The notes beneath the pieces were generated by a model, which had not been told where the DNA came from, did not search any database, and saw nothing but the letters and a program-made list of their open reading frames with translations. Made by a program: the position numbers and the translations under genes. A DNA stretch of 64,000 bases from contig NW_027191405.1 in NCBI RefSeq assembly GCF_041146345.1, positions 248,001-312,000 on the forward strand, in the 5' to 3' direction. This document shows, in pieces, positions 37,932 to 51,600 of the stretch (its first letter is position 1; the number at the start of each line of letters is the position of its first letter). The DNA comes from Neodothiora populina. Taxonomy: Eukaryota.

Positions 37932-39817
37932 ATGCCTCAAGAGACAGGAGAGACAAGGCATTCTGCAACTAAACAAGCCAGTTCGATCAGGCGAGCATGT
38001 GACTGCTGTCGAAAGCGCAAAGTCAGATGCAATGGCGAAAGTCCTTGCGGACCTTGCAGGAAAGCAGCAATCAGATGCTGCTATCTGCAGCCACCCAAGA
38101 AGAAAGGCCCCAAGGGATTGAGAAGTGCGCAGGTTCTGCGCGCATTGCGAGAAATTGATGAAGCCACGCCGCATAGCAATGATTTTCCTTGCAGCCCGAA
38201 CTCGTTCCTCGATGGGTATAGTCAGTTGTCACTGAGTTCCGAGTCGTCTCCGGGCGGTGGGTCTGGGGTTGAACATCCCCTTCCGCCGACGAGCATCGCT
38301 CAAGGCTACGCATTCTATCCCACCGGAGCCCACGGTCATCCACAACCACTCCCTACGGATCCCGCGCTCCTGGCCGCGGCATACGCCTTCGATGGGACAT
38401 GGCACTCTGCCGCAATGCCTGCGACGGAACCCCGGTGGTCTTCATTGGAATCGCGACCTATGCTACCGGATGTTGCCAACGCGCGCTTCTACCCTTACGT
38501 TCACATATTCTTCAACAATCTATTTCCTATCATGCCGGTCATCGATCCAAAGATATACCTGGACCACCGGCTATACAGTCCCGCAACTGCCATGACACCA
38601 GAGACACATTCCTTCTTGTGCGCCTTATCCGCCGCCACCATCGTCCAGCTTTCCTCTTCTGTCCCGTTGCCATCGTTCGATCCACTTCCTGGTCGGCCGT
38701 CATCGGAAGGTGACATGTTCGTTGAGGAATGCCTACGGACACGACAACGATATGATTACATCAGCAAACCGACTTCGCTGACCGTCATCACAAGCTTCTT
38801 CCTCTTTGCGTACTACGGGAACAAGGAGGGAGAGAGGAGCGAAAAGGCGTGGCACTATCTACAAGAGTCCATTTCCTTTGCTGAGATTATGGATCTGGAC
38901 GACGATCGGGCTCTCGCAAGAGATGATCCGATCGAAGCGCAGTGGAAGCGCAGACTGTTCTGGCTCTTGTTCATCACGGAAAGGTAGATTTGTTCAGACA
39001 GAATTGTCGACCAGAAACAAAAATGCTGATTGTCCATCACAGAGCATACGCCATTCAACGTCGCAAACACACCCGCCTTCAGCCTTCGATAGAGCTTCCA
39101 CTGCTGTTCGACTCGGAAGATCCGCGTCTCCTCAACGGCTTCGTCACTCTTGTCCACCTGTATTCAGCCATCGATCAGAAGTTCATCGGAATCTGGCGCG
39201 GCACCCGACAGCGCGCCCTGTGCTCAGCTTCCTGGCTAGCAGAAACCCAAAGCTCCCTGGACACAGTGGCCTTAGCCATGGAAAACATCATCGAGACGCA
39301 ACACCTCGACATCTCCGTCAGCCGCGAATGGCTGCACGTGCTAGTGTGGCAAATGGGCGTGAGCAACGGTCTGATCTGGGGACGAGGCCAAGGCGGCATG
39401 CGTCTCGAGTACCCCGTCGAGCTGGCCCGACGCGTAGTGCGCATCACCGAGGACGCAAACCCCCTCGCGCTCGACTCGCACGGCATCGGCATGGAGCAGA
39501 AACTCTCCGACATCGGCGGCTGTGTCGCGGACGTGCTGCGCTGCGCAGCAGGCGACACGAGCGACACTTTCGCGCACGGCAGACAGTACCTCTCTTCCAT
39601 CGTCAAGAGACTCTCCGTCATGAGAGGCAGGGAGTCGCGATACCTCGAGCCATTGATGCTCAAGGTCGACACCTTACTCGACCAAGGCGTGCCCCGGGGC
39701 ATCATGGACTTGTCTCTGCCGCCGCCGCCGCCGACGACGACGTCTGACGTGGACGGGTATTCGGCGCCTAGCACTGCTTCGTGTCGCAGCACCGCCATCC
39801 AGGGATCGAAGAAGTAA
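37932..39817 (+). CDS. Zn(II)2Cys6 transcription factor, MalR/AmyR/SUC1-like
   Basis: RACDCCRKRKVRCNGESPCGPCRKAAIRC..PKKKGPKG; RRLFWLLFITERAY; DSHGIGMEQKL. Intron 38984-39042. Confidence 0.88.
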
Positions 39818-40378
39818 CGACGCCGCACACAAGACGTCTCCGTGCGCATGAGGAAGGAGAAATGACACGTTAACGACTAGCATCGATACCAACACCCCCC
39901 AGATAGATGTACACATATACACTGCTTCAAGACCTGTATGAATAATCAACACGAACCGTACATATACCCCCCTCACTACACGATGTTATCTTGCATCTTA
40001 TTCTTCATCTGATTCCTCATCTAAGAGCTCGAATGATCATGTGGGGCCAGCGTTGTCCTGCGCCGACGGCGCCACTGCGTGGAGCCTTCCATTTTCCCTT
40101 GTACTTGAAGAAAGGCTCTGTTGAGCTTGAGTAAGGCAGGGTAAAGAGGTACAATATGAGCAATATTCCAATTTGGTATGAAGGGGAGGTGTGGTATCTA
40201 CGCAATAAACAAACAAGAAACACCCAGCACAGAGGATGGGAAAAAAGGAAACAGGAATGCCAACGACAAGAAGAACGGTTCCGCTGTAAGCATGCATGCA
40301 AGAGACAAGTGTGCCGCGCCTCGCCTCGTCTTGTCAGACGCTCTGATGATCAGAAAAGAAAAGACAGGAAAGAAAGAC

Positions 40379-42457
40379 TCAGCGTCTCGCATTCCCCCTC
40401 TCGCCCCTCAACGGCCGGATCTCCCACCGCGCATCGTCGTTGTCGCCATCCAGCTCGTCCGAGTCCCATTCTTCTTCTTCGTCGCGTGCGGCGAGCTCGA
40501 CGAAGCGTCTGAATGCTGCGGCGGCTGCTTCGTCGTCGATGATGGCTGGCGCTGGTGCTGCTTGGTTGATTTGACCAGCTGCGGGTACAGCACCTCCTCG
40601 ACCGCCTCTTGCTGCTGCTGCTGCTGCTGCTCCGCCTCCTCGCCCTCCCCCTCTGCCGCGTTGGAAGTTTGCTTGGGCTCGGGCTGCTCCTCGGAGATGC
40701 CAGCCGCCTCTGCGACCTCCTCCTCCTCCTCCTCCGCGTGCTTGACGCTGGCCAGCAGGCGGTTGTTGCTCGTGGTGATGATGATCATTGGCCAAAGGCA
40801 GTTGCTCCCGCATCTGTAGTCGCGCAAATTGAGCTGCTAGACCCGGCTCGAGCTGGTTGGGAGGAGGGGCGGGTGCTTCAGGCAAGATCTGACCACCGTT
40901 CAGGCGTAAAGGAAAATCGTCGTCTTCTGCGTCCATCAATACCGCCCGCTCGTTCTCTTCGTTTTGCATTCTTTCTGCTTCTTCTCGGTCGGCTTCTTCT
41001 GCTACCCGCCTGGCTTCGGCTTCCCACATCCTGGCACCTCCAAAGTTGTTGCCTTGACCCTCGTCACCTTCTTCCAGTTCCCACAGCTTCTGATAACACT
41101 CGCTGGCACCATTGTTGAAGTGAATATAAGGATTGTCGCCGTCCAGCCAGGCGCCACAGAGATAACAAAAGTGGGTCCGGCATTGGAAGCAAGTCATGTG
41201 GTTGCAACCCATGGTCTTTTGGGTCGGCGACGAGCAGGTCGGGCAGGGTGAAGTATGCGTCCTGATATAGTCGTACGAGGCCTTCTCTTCGTCTGACAGC
41301 TCAGATGGGTTACGCGGCCAGCATCTAGCAAAATCACCGTGCCAACCAGCGTAGCACACGCGACAGAAGGCCAGAGAGCATTTGCTGCAGATGCATAGCC
41401 GATCAGCGGAAGTCGAGCTGGGCTTTTTCTCAGCGTCTGCTGTTTCCGGCTCTGCTTCCGTCTCGGCATTGTCGGCCTCGTCTTCGGTCTCTGACTCGGG
41501 ATATTCTCGAATGTCTGCCGGCAACGGAGGATATTTGGCGGACCTCGCAGGGGCTTGACACCAGGCACGCGGACAATATACTGTGCTTTTATCTGCCTCC
41601 AGCGCCTTTTTGCGCTTCATCTCGACATAGCGGCGAACGGTAGCCTCGTCCAAGCCCATGTCCAGCAGCTCTTTCGGATGCAAGTTGCGCTCTGTGCGTT
41701 TCCTCCGGCGGTGGCTGATTGTCGTGTTGCCACTCTCATCACCGCACGTCGGGTCGAGGCATCTCACATGCACCACGTCTCCTTCGGCGATGTAGTTGTT
41801 GTAAGATTCCTGCAAGCAGTCCCTACAAAAGACGTGTGCGCAGCGGCGAAGACGGTGGCATTCGCGCCCCTTCTTGGGCTCGAGGCATATACCACAATCG
41901 AAAGTCTGCAAGTCGAATATCTCTTTCTTGGTCCTGTGGTCATACTCGACCAGCGCAGGCTGCAAGGCAGGCGACAGATCAAGCCCAGTGTCAAGCAAGT
42001 CAAAGGCTCGCTCAGCAGATTGCTGGAGAAAGTCAATGTAAGAGAACAGGATCTGACATCTCCCAAACTCCTCCCACAGCTTTTCTGCCTCCTCGCTGAG
42101 ATGCCGCAGCTTTTTCGCAGGCAACCATTCTGGCTGCGTGGATAGGGTGATGACAGGTGCGCTGTTGTTGGGATAGCCCTCGGGTAGTTCCAGCTGCAGA
42201 TCGAGTGGCGGAAGATGGCTCAGACCGTGCTTTTCAGACAGAGGCAGCGTTGCGGGACGGAATGCCTGCTTCCCATCATCCGAATGCGGTGGCGAAGGTA
42301 GAGGTGCTTGAGGGAAGCGCACTGTCAGAGGCGTCGAGGGTGACACAGGAAGCTGAAGCGAGGCAGAGAAAGGCTTGTCGCCATCCAGGACCAGCTCTGG
42401 AAAGATGGCTGCTATCGAGGACAATTCCTCTTCGCGCTCGTCATAGTCGTCATCCAT
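40379..42457 (-). CDS. ITT1: RWD + RING-IBR-RING (RBR) E3 ubiquitin ligase, Itt1/RNF14-like
   Basis: REEELSSIAAIFPE and LPEGYP (RWD); CGICLEPKKG..CAHVFC..C; CPRAWCQ; CPTCSSPTQKTMGCNHMTCFQCRTHFCYLC. Confidence 0.88.
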   Translation of the reverse strand: MDDDYDEREEELSSIAAIFPELVLDGDKPFSASLQLPVSPSTPLTVRFPQAPLPSPPHSDDGKQAFRPATLPLSEKHGLSHLPPLDLQLELPEGYPNNSAPVITLSTQPEWLPAKKLRHLSEEAEKLWEEFGRCQILFSYIDFLQQSAERAFDLLDTGLDLSPALQPALVEYDHRTKKEIFDLQTFDCGICLEPKKGRECHRLRRCAHVFCRDCLQESYNNYIAEGDVVHVRCLDPTCGDESGNTTISHRRRKRTERNLHPKELLDMGLDEATVRRYVEMKRKKALEADKSTVYCPRAWCQAPARSAKYPPLPADIREYPESETEDEADNAETEAEPETADAEKKPSSTSADRLCICSKCSLAFCRVCYAGWHGDFARCWPRNPSELSDEEKASYDYIRTHTSPCPTCSSPTQKTMGCNHMTCFQCRTHFCYLCGAWLDGDNPYIHFNNGASECYQKLWELEEGDEGQGNNFGGARMWEAEARRVAEEADREEAERMQNEENERAVLMDAEDDDFPLRLNGGQILPEAPAPPPNQLEPGLAAQFARLQMREQLPLANDHHHHEQQPPAGQRQARGGGGGGGRRGGWHLRGAARAQANFQRGRGGGRGGGAAAAAAARGGRGGAVPAAGQINQAAPAPAIIDDEAAAAAFRRFVELAARDEEEEWDSDELDGDNDDARWEIRPLRGERGNARR

Positions 42458-44160
42458 GGACACGGGTGAGTTGTATGTGAATCTCTGCCTGTCAGTCTCT
42501 TAAGTCCGCTAAGTACAGTATTGGGCAAATGAGGCGGATGAGGGGCAATCCAGTGTAGAAATGATGATGACAACAAAACCCGAATGCTATAAAGAGACCA
42601 TTTCAGACGACATGTCCCAGAGAACTCGTACAACGGGAAAAAGGATACAAGAGAAGCCAAAGTGTGGCAAAAGATAGATGTACAACTGAAGTATTATCAA
42701 TGACTAGAGTAAAGTAGCCCAGAGTGACGACGCCGACGCTATAGAGATGGCTTGCCGCTGTAGAATATACTGTAGACGAATCACCGCAAATGTGCTCTTG
42801 ATAATTAATCCAATGATGAATGATCTTTCTCAACCACTGCAGGTGCGGGGCAGATGGGCGGGACAGGACAACAAAATGGGCCTTGATAATTAATAAAACA
42901 CCTCTCAGCGATCAGTCACATACCAGACATCCGCCGTCACCGCCTGCCCAGCTCAGGCATCGATGTCGAACAGAACCCTGCCAAGACAATTCCTCATGAC
43001 CGCGTCTCGTGTATCTCCGTACTTCAAAGCACAGCCCACTCTCATACAGTACCATACCCTTGGCATTATTACCGATTATAATTAAATGCTGCCACGTCGT
43101 GACCATGGACGAAACCCGTCGCTGTCTGCCCCATGGGAACTATTGGGATGGCTATGAGTCTGAGGTAAGGTAGGGAAGCATTGTTGCTCTATCGTTGATT
43201 ACCTGTTCGAGAACGGTGTTGTCTCATGCTCCTCTCTAGCACGCTTCAGCCTGCCTCTGGCTTGAATGTATCACCTTGGCTGCTGTGCCTAGTTCTGACT
43301 GCCGACCCTGTCTCTCTTCGTCTTACGCGACCATCGCGCTCCTGGTTTCTTGCTCATCCTTACACCACCTCTATGTTTACGCGCCCCCTGCCCTTGGGAT
43401 GCTAGCATTTGGAAGAGCCCTGCCGTACCGGAAAGCAGATTGGATCAGTGAAGACATCCTTGAGTAGATCTATCGGGGTGCAGTGCTTGGCCTGGTGCTG
43501 TCTTCGCTTCAGCATATCCCACCTCGCGGCCACACCTAAGCATGCCGGCTGCATGGGCGGCAGTCTAGAGTTCACTGCGGAAAATCACACCCAGACAAGT
43601 TATCATGCAGTTGTTGGTGGCCAATAGCAAGTGCAGCATAGATATTGAAACTGAAATCATGTACAAGGAGACAAAAGCGCTGGATATAAGCCCCTCGGTC
43701 CGTTCGCAGCCTCCCAACTGACACCAAGAATCAAACTTTATATATAACCAATAATCCGAGCACATGTCGTCTGAATAGGGCTGATTGATCCAATCCTAGA
43801 CCGGAGAAGATGTGAAATCGAGTGGAGGCCCCACAGTATCAATCAACACTCCTTTCCCTTTTTAGGCTGTGCATAAGTCGCTGACCCTCACGTGTCTTGT
43901 ATCCTGCCGCCGATATACGGCACAGCATTTTCATTGACATTGGCGATCTTCACCCGCGACCTTTGCTGTTACTTACATCTTTTTCCCTCTCGTTCTTCTC
44001 GTCCGCGTTGCCTGCTTCCGTTCCATTCTTCTCGGACATATATACCTTATCTACTTGCAGCCAGAAAGCCCAGAGAAATTTTTCTTATCGATTAAGCCCG
44101 AGCCACCCCGCCAACTCTTTTCGGATTTGTTCCCGCAGTCGTCTCAACCCGGCCATCACC

Positions 44161-46058
44161 ATGTCCACTTTCTCTATACCAACAACAGCCGCGCAGTACA
44201 AAATGAGTTCCGACACTGCTTCCCAATTCGATACTTTCAGGCATCCCCTGGAGCTTCGCTATGCGAGTAAGTATCTTTGCCTTTCCATCGCTCTGATAGC
44301 CTCATGGAGACTCGAAAACGAAACAAAAAAAAAGTGTTCCCTATGACGCATATCACCGCTTTTTCCAGATTTCTTCTTTTGATTGTATGCATCTCGTGCA
44401 TGAGATAGTGCTGACGATCATGTCCGCTTAGGCCAGGACATGAAGCACCTCTTCTCCCCGCGCATGCGCGTGGGCACGTGGAGGCAACTCTGGGTCTGGC
44501 TTATGGAGTCTCAGAAGGAGTTGGGTCTGCCCATCACCGATGAGGCCCTCGCCCAGATGAAGGCCAACCAGTTTGTCAAGGACGAGGAGTTTGCCATTGC
44601 TGCTAAGGAGGAGGCACGACGAAGGCAAGTCTTTCCTTCTCATGTGTTTCTCAATTACTTCGCCTTGACGTGTATTCAACATGAGTGAATTGTGAATTAT
44701 AAGATGATTGTCCAAGTTCCGGATACAAGGACGCTTTCGTAGATAAAACAAGGCATATCGCGACTGCAAGTCTCTAACAATACTACAGGCACGATGTCAT
44801 GGCTTGGGTTCACACCTACGGTCTTGCTGCTCCTGCTGCTGCCGGTCAGATTCACTGGGGTACCACCTCTTGCTACGTGACCGACAACGCAGATCTCATC
44901 CTCATGCGTGACGGTCTGGACATCATCCTCAAAAAGATGGCGTCCGCCATTGACAAGCTTTCCCAATTCGCATTGGAGTGGAAGGACCTCCCTTGCTTGG
45001 GCTACACTCACTTGCAGCCCGCTCAGCTTACCACTGTCGGCAAGCGTGCGTGCGTCTGGATTCAGGACCTCGTCATGGACTTGAAGGCAATGCAGAGAGT
45101 TCGCGATGAGCTGTTGTTCCGTGGTGTCAAGGGTACCACCGGCACTCAAGCCTCTTTCCTTGCCATCTTCGATGGTGACCATGACAAGGTCGAGCAGCTT
45201 GATGAGCTCGTCACAAAGAAGGCCGGGTTCCCCGGTGCTTACCCAATCGCCACCCAGACGTACAGCAGAAAGGTTGACCTCGAGGTTGCCAGCGCTGTCT
45301 GCGCTTTTGGTGCTACCTGCCAGCGTATCTCCACCGACATTCGCCACTTGGCTTCCTGGAAGGAGATTGAAGAGCCTTTCGAGAAGGATCAGATTGGTTC
45401 TTCTGCCATGGCTTACAAGAGAAACCCCATGCGCTCGGAACGTCTCACCTCCCTCGGCCGGTAAGCAATGTTCATACTCTCAAAGTGCTGATCTCTGACT
45501 GACATTATTTCGTATAGCCGCCTGGGTAACCTCCACGCTGACTTCATCTCCACCTATGCCTCACAATGGATGGAGCGCACTCTTGACGATTCGGCCATCC
45601 GCCGTATCGACATTCCTGAGATGTTCCTCTGCGCTGATGCCCTTCTCATTCTCATGAACAACATCTTCAGCGGCCTTGTCGTCTACCCCAAGCGCATTGA
45701 GTCTCGTCTTCAAGAAGAACTCCCCTTCATGGCCACCGAGAACATCATCATGGCTCTCGTTAAGAAGGGCGTCTCCCGCCAAGACGCACACGAGGAGATC
45801 CGTGTTCTTTCTCACCAGGCTTCTGCCGCCGTCAAGATGGAGGGCAAGCCCAACGACCTCATCGACCGCATTCGTGTCACCAAGTTCTTCGAGCCTGTCT
45901 GGGCCGAGCTTGACACTCTCCTTGACGCAAAGACCTTCGTCGGTCGTGCGCCGCAGCAAGTTGAGAAGTATTGTGGCCCCAACGGTGAGGTGCAAACTGC
46001 CCTCTCCAAGTACAAGGCCGATGGTCTCGAGGACAAGGTTGGCGAGATTCTTCTTTAA
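44161..46058 (+). CDS. ADE13: Adenylosuccinate lyase
   Basis: [57 protein letters not shown]. Introns 44267-44431, 44625-44788 (GC-AG) and ~45461-45518. Start may be 44161 or 44203. Confidence 0.95.
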
Positions 46059-46501
46059 AATTTGCGACTTGTTCGTGAAGGATGTTGTGAAGAAGGTTGT
46101 AACGTTGTGGATGATGTATGGAATCTTTGTGTGCAGCCGTGGACCACGTTTTGTATAAAGCGCCAGAAGAAATATAGCACACACCAAAATAATATGCTCC
46201 GTTTCGTGTCATTGATATTACTGTTGGTGTTGTTGTACATTGTACGTGGAGAGACCGCTTGCTGTAGTCTGGCACCCATCCGTTCCGTATCGACCTCGTT
46301 ATACCAGTCAATAACGAGTATATACGTCTTCGCATCATATCGCATCTCTTGCTATTGCATTTATAAGTATGTGGTAGTAATGTTTCGGGCTCGCGCTGCG
46401 CCGATCAATCTACCGAGTCATGTGCGACCGCGCTTTACCGAACGCGTCATCTCGACCTCCTCGCGTCTGCTGTTCATACAACAAAAGGTGCGGCACCAGA
46501 C

Positions 46502-48230
46502 ATGGAAGTGTGGAAGGGCGATCTTATTATTAGTAGTAATCATTCGGTAACAGGTAAATATGTTTGCCTCATTTCAATTCGTCTGATCACTCACACTCGT
46601 GCTAGATATTCATTTCAGCACTCCCGAGACTTCAAAACCATCTGGATCTCTTCTACCGCCCGGCTCTCAACTACGCTTTCTGGCTTTCGTAGATCCCTCT
46701 CGGATCCCCCTGGCTGTTATTCATGGACCTGTGATCGATGTCTGGACACAGAACGAAAGTACAGAAGACTGGTTCAGTAAGACTTTCTTCGACTCTGCTG
46801 GGACAGACGAAGACGCAGAATGGTGGCATACCGCTGGACCGGAATCGCCACTGGGAGTCTTGGCGGCAGTCATCAATCCAATTGATGTGTCGCTATCGTT
46901 GAAGCAACCTCGAATCACGGAGGTGTTGTTCGTTGCGTCGAGTAATGCTTCGCCACTATCATGTCCGCCGACGCCACCTCGGTCGTCACAGGGCGCTCGT
47001 GATGCCGGTGATGGGACGACGTCGTTCCGTCTGCATGCCCTTACGCTGTCTTCGGATCTCTTATATAAGCGCCTCGAGCAGATACCGATAGCAACGCCCC
47101 GATCACCGAGTGCAATTGACGATGGACCAACGGACAATGCCACTGCTATCTCAGCGACATACCTGCCGGATTCATTCTCCTCAGTAGAGAATAACCAGAA
47201 AGCAAACGCGAAACTATCGACGTCTGCAACATCAACGTCCCTGAAGAGGAAATCCATCAACGACACATTCACCGAGGCAGATGCCCTTCGCAAACGCATG
47301 AGATCGACACCCGGCGAAAGCGTGCAAGCGGCGTCCGCCACGGGACCTTCGATGCCCAGTCTGAGAGAGCTGACATCTCATGCCTTGGAGTCCCGCAGCG
47401 CATCATATCCATCAACCAGACCATTCACGTCTTCTCATGGCGGTACAGTGCCGATGCAAACAAGGCCTTTGTCGAGGTCATCGAGCGTTAACCGACCGAC
47501 GACTTCTCTGAGCAAGAGCTCAGTCGCTTCAACGACACAAGCCGAACCAAGCAAGAGGTCGGGTCTGGCAAGAGTACAGAGTGTACCCGCCGCACTCGAG
47601 TCATCCAAGTCGTCATCGCTCCTAAACGCAGACATCGAGACCAAGAACAAAGATCTCGTGTCCCGCCTCGTCATGGCGGGTATGAGGCTATACGGGCTAT
47701 CGCAGTCGAAATCAAAGAAGTCACAACAACAACAGCTACAACAGCTGCAGCAGAAACCCCCCCAGCCGTCTCCCGGAAATCCCAACCACACAATAGCTTC
47801 TTCTTCTCTACCAGCAGCCACAACAACCCTCCAACCCCAAGACCCCCAGCAATCCCGCAAAGACGAAGAATACAAACTCATCTACCACACGACGTACAAA
47901 GGCGCCCTCTTCGCCTTGCGCGCGCACCTCTCTTCTCAACCCCTCCAACACCCGCACACCACTGAACTCGTGCGACAAGTCGTTGATAAGCTCCTTGCGA
48001 TCTACTGTCATGACCCTTTGGCTTCTGCAGCTATTGATGATGATGGAGGTGGAGGGCAGGAGAGGAGTGCGAGGAAGGCGTTCGTCACGCCGAGGGAGGA
48101 GGACGGGAGCCCTTTTGCTGGTGCGACGGTGCTGGATCCGAAGGGGAAGGGTGCAGGGGCTGCTGGGGAGGGGGATTTGGATGTTTTTACACCCAGCCTG
48201 AGGAAACGGGGACAGGCGCCGGTGGGGTAG
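46502..48230 (+). CDS. Sld7-like protein (Sld7 C-terminal domain)
   Basis: Exon 1 MEVWKGDL..., intron 46554-46605. C-terminal ETKNKDLVSRLVMAGMRLYGL...DEEYKLIYHTTYKGALFALR resembles the fungal Sld7_C domain. Confidence 0.65.
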
Positions 48231-48679
48231 GTGGTGCTTGATGTATCGATGACGAGCTTATGTGCTCGATTTATTCGTTCTCTGGTCTTATGTATATATG
48301 GCCTTGCTTGTCTGGATGGTCACGCGCATGCGTTTTGTTGTTCACATCACGGTATATGTTACGGTCAAGATACTGTCAAACCCGGCGTTGTATAGTCTAT
48401 CTCATCTGCTGCTTAGTCCAAAGTTAACCACTTGCTCTCTTCACCAGGGACTTTCATAATCCACCACGACATGAATCCCACTTCGGTAGATCTCTCATCT
48501 CAATCATCCCCTTCCTCGCCACTTCACAGACTCCTATCAACACCGGCCACAACACTGGACCACGCATGCTTTCAGGATATGATCAGACGACTGTCAGATA
48601 CTCGACTTCTCCATCTCACAAGCCAATACATCAACCATTTCCCAGCCCTCGGAACCATATTGTTCCTCCTTATCGTCGC

Positions 48680-51600
48680 TTACATTCTTTCTAAACTCCT
48701 TTCAGCGGCGTCGTCGTCGCAATCTCTTCCCACAAGTCTGAGATCGGCGGGGATGTTGATCGCTTCAATGCCGTTTATGCTTCTCGGGTAGACCAATCCG
48801 TTAGCCTTGAAGAAAGAGTAGTAAAAGGCCAGGGGGCGAGACATGTCAGCCTCGATCTTGACTCCAGAAACAGGATCAACCAGAATCCTTGGCTCGACCA
48901 GCTCATCTCGAGGTGGTAAAGGGAATCTGCCACCTATCACAAGAAATATGTCTTTGGCGCGTGTAAATGCCACACATGATCGACGAACATCACGTAGGAA
49001 GCCTTCGGTGCCAACATTGACAAGGTCGAGAATGACCAACGAGGCTTCACGACCGATCAGAGAGTCAATAGTGCAAAGACGAGGGAATTCTTGTTCGGTC
49101 CAGCCATGAATGCTTTTGAGTTCGCAGAAGATGCTCAGATACAATTCTTTTTGTCGCTTATATGGTGTAGCCAACATGGCCTTCCTGTTCGTCCCCTTGC
49201 CATATGTCGCGCGAACTTCAAAGAGGACTTTACGAACCACGGCGGCATTGGCGGGGGTTGCACGCGACCCGGTGAACTTGTTCTCGTACACCGGTCTGTC
49301 GATCTCTATCCATGCCATCCTCCTCTTCTCATCGGAATAGTGGGGCGGCATCGTGGTTCCGAGGATACGAGGAATCAGATTCAGAGACTGTGGTTCCAGA
49401 TCGGGGTGCCGAGGGGTGATTAGTCTTCCGGCATAGTGGAATATGTTGGCTCCACGCATGAGGACCTCTGCTGCACGACGTTGCTCGACGAGATGGATCG
49501 CTGGAAAAGAAGTTCTCAACTTGCGCTCCATCAGGCTGATCTCCCTCTGAGTGCTGAATTCGTTGACCGTGTTGTGTTCGCCTTTCCTTGCGCTCGTGAA
49601 GGGAGGCAGCTGATTCAAATCACCACTCAAAAACTGCATGACGACTTTTCTGCTTTGTTCTCCTGTTTGAGAAGCAGTATTCAGACAAAGTGGCATAAGT
49701 GCAGATGCCTCAGTCATAGACTGGGCTTCATCTTGGAAGATCCAGACTCTACCCTGGAAAGCAAACTGGGCTTGTATTTCGGCATTGCCGGATACATAGT
49801 TGGTACATATGATAATTCTGGCTTCACTCATGACCTCAGCACGGAGGATCTTGTAGGCCTATGAGCATGTCAGTATCTTGAATGTGGAGAGAGGAAACAA
49901 ATGACTTTCTCACCTGCTCGATCATATCCTTCTCACCCTCTCCGTTGGTCCAAGATGCGTGTCTCGAATGGAGGTTGTCGCGAAGTAGATGGAGACGATC
50001 ACGGAAGTAGCTGCGGACATCAATATATGGCTGTGATCGATCGCACCTATCGCGAGACCTCAAACGGCGACACAATGGTGCTCGTGTCTCCAGATTGTAC
50101 ATCACTCTGCCAAGGACAGAGAATTGTGGAAGAGCGCGGCGACTCTTCCTGTTATCGGTCTCGATAGTATCAAATGTCTTCATCAAAAGCTGGCTTCCTT
50201 GGGTGGCAACTCCATTACTATGGCCTCCAGCTTGGTAGAAAGAAGCTAGGGTTTCCTGAGAGGTCGAATAGGCCCCGATAGGCTTGAGAGACGAGTCAAT
50301 CTTATCAAGCTTCACAGCCATGTCATCGAGTGTGTCGTTTCTCGTGCCAGATATTACGGCATAGTGACCACATCTTATCGCAAATTGGACAATGTGACAG
50401 ATCAACTCGGTCTTGCCCGTACCTCCCGGCCCGGTAACAATGGCAGCTCCGCCAGGTGCCCTAGTAATGGTATCGATGGCCTCATGCTGCGCATCATTCC
50501 ACGGCTTAGCTTCACGTAGCTGCTTGAGAGCCGCAAATATCTTGTTGTAAACGCCCCAGTAAGGTACCGGATTCTGAGGCTTGAGCTCAATTCCGCTGCT
50601 GAGCAAGAACTCGAGACGCTCTTGAGGACATCCAGGACCATAGGCGTTAATGACTGCATCAACCTCAGCCTTATATGTACCTTTGTAAAGCTGTGGCGAC
50701 ACGAAGGACTTGACAGTCGGGGCGCTTGTTCCACCATCAGAGCGAAAGGATTCGATACCTTGGACTAGTCCCTGGAAGCTCTTGGCCCATTTGTCAGTAA
50801 TCATAATGAGTAGATCACAGGCAGGTAGGTCAAATACATTCGCGACGATGAAGCCAGAAGCGCGGATGGATTTTGCATCTTCAGGATCCATACAGCGGTC
50901 ACCAATTCGAAGCTCGACTTTAACTCCATCATCGATGCGAAAACGATCCTCTGGTAACCCTGACTGCGGCGCAGAGGTGAAGTCGATGAGTGCTAAGACT
51001 TTGTTACCCACGTTGCACAGACGAATGCGATGAGGCTCGCGTCTCAAGGCGGCAAATGTCGCATCTTGCTCATGGTACTCGAGGTATGCCGAATAACCCA
51101 GTCTTACTAGAGCATCATCTTGGTCTTTGAAGACAGTAACAGCCTTTATTGGAGTGCCAGGATGAGCCCCGGACAGAATTTCTCGTCGAGACTTCATCGC
51201 TCCGAAAGAGACTTGCAATGGGCTCGGATCCTCGTAAGATGTCTGATCTTCAGTGCCGCTTGATAAGACTTCTCGAATGCCACCGAAGCCTCCTAGACTC
51301 TCTGAGCTGTAAATAATCTGGTGATTCCTCACCCGAAAAGATCTTCTCATCGTCCCTGCGATAACTTTCCCAACAATTTCCAACAAAAGCAGGGTCGACA
51401 CGAAAATCCAGTTTCTCCAAATTCTGAGTAGTCGGCAGGTTTGCGAGAAGATCCTTGCATGCAGAGAACTTGACGGAAGAGGAAATATCAAAACGCACAC
51501 TGAGACGACGACCATCAGGATGCTCGACCATGTGAGCGAGATCCTTTAGAACTACAATCTCACTTTCGTCGAATACTTCGTCTTCGGCGGTACGAAGAAG

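Noticed and set aside
44640..44770. Possible intronic snoRNA in the ADE13 GC-AG intron
   Set aside because: No proper box C (RTGATGA) and box D (CTGA) pair or clear H/ACA structure.
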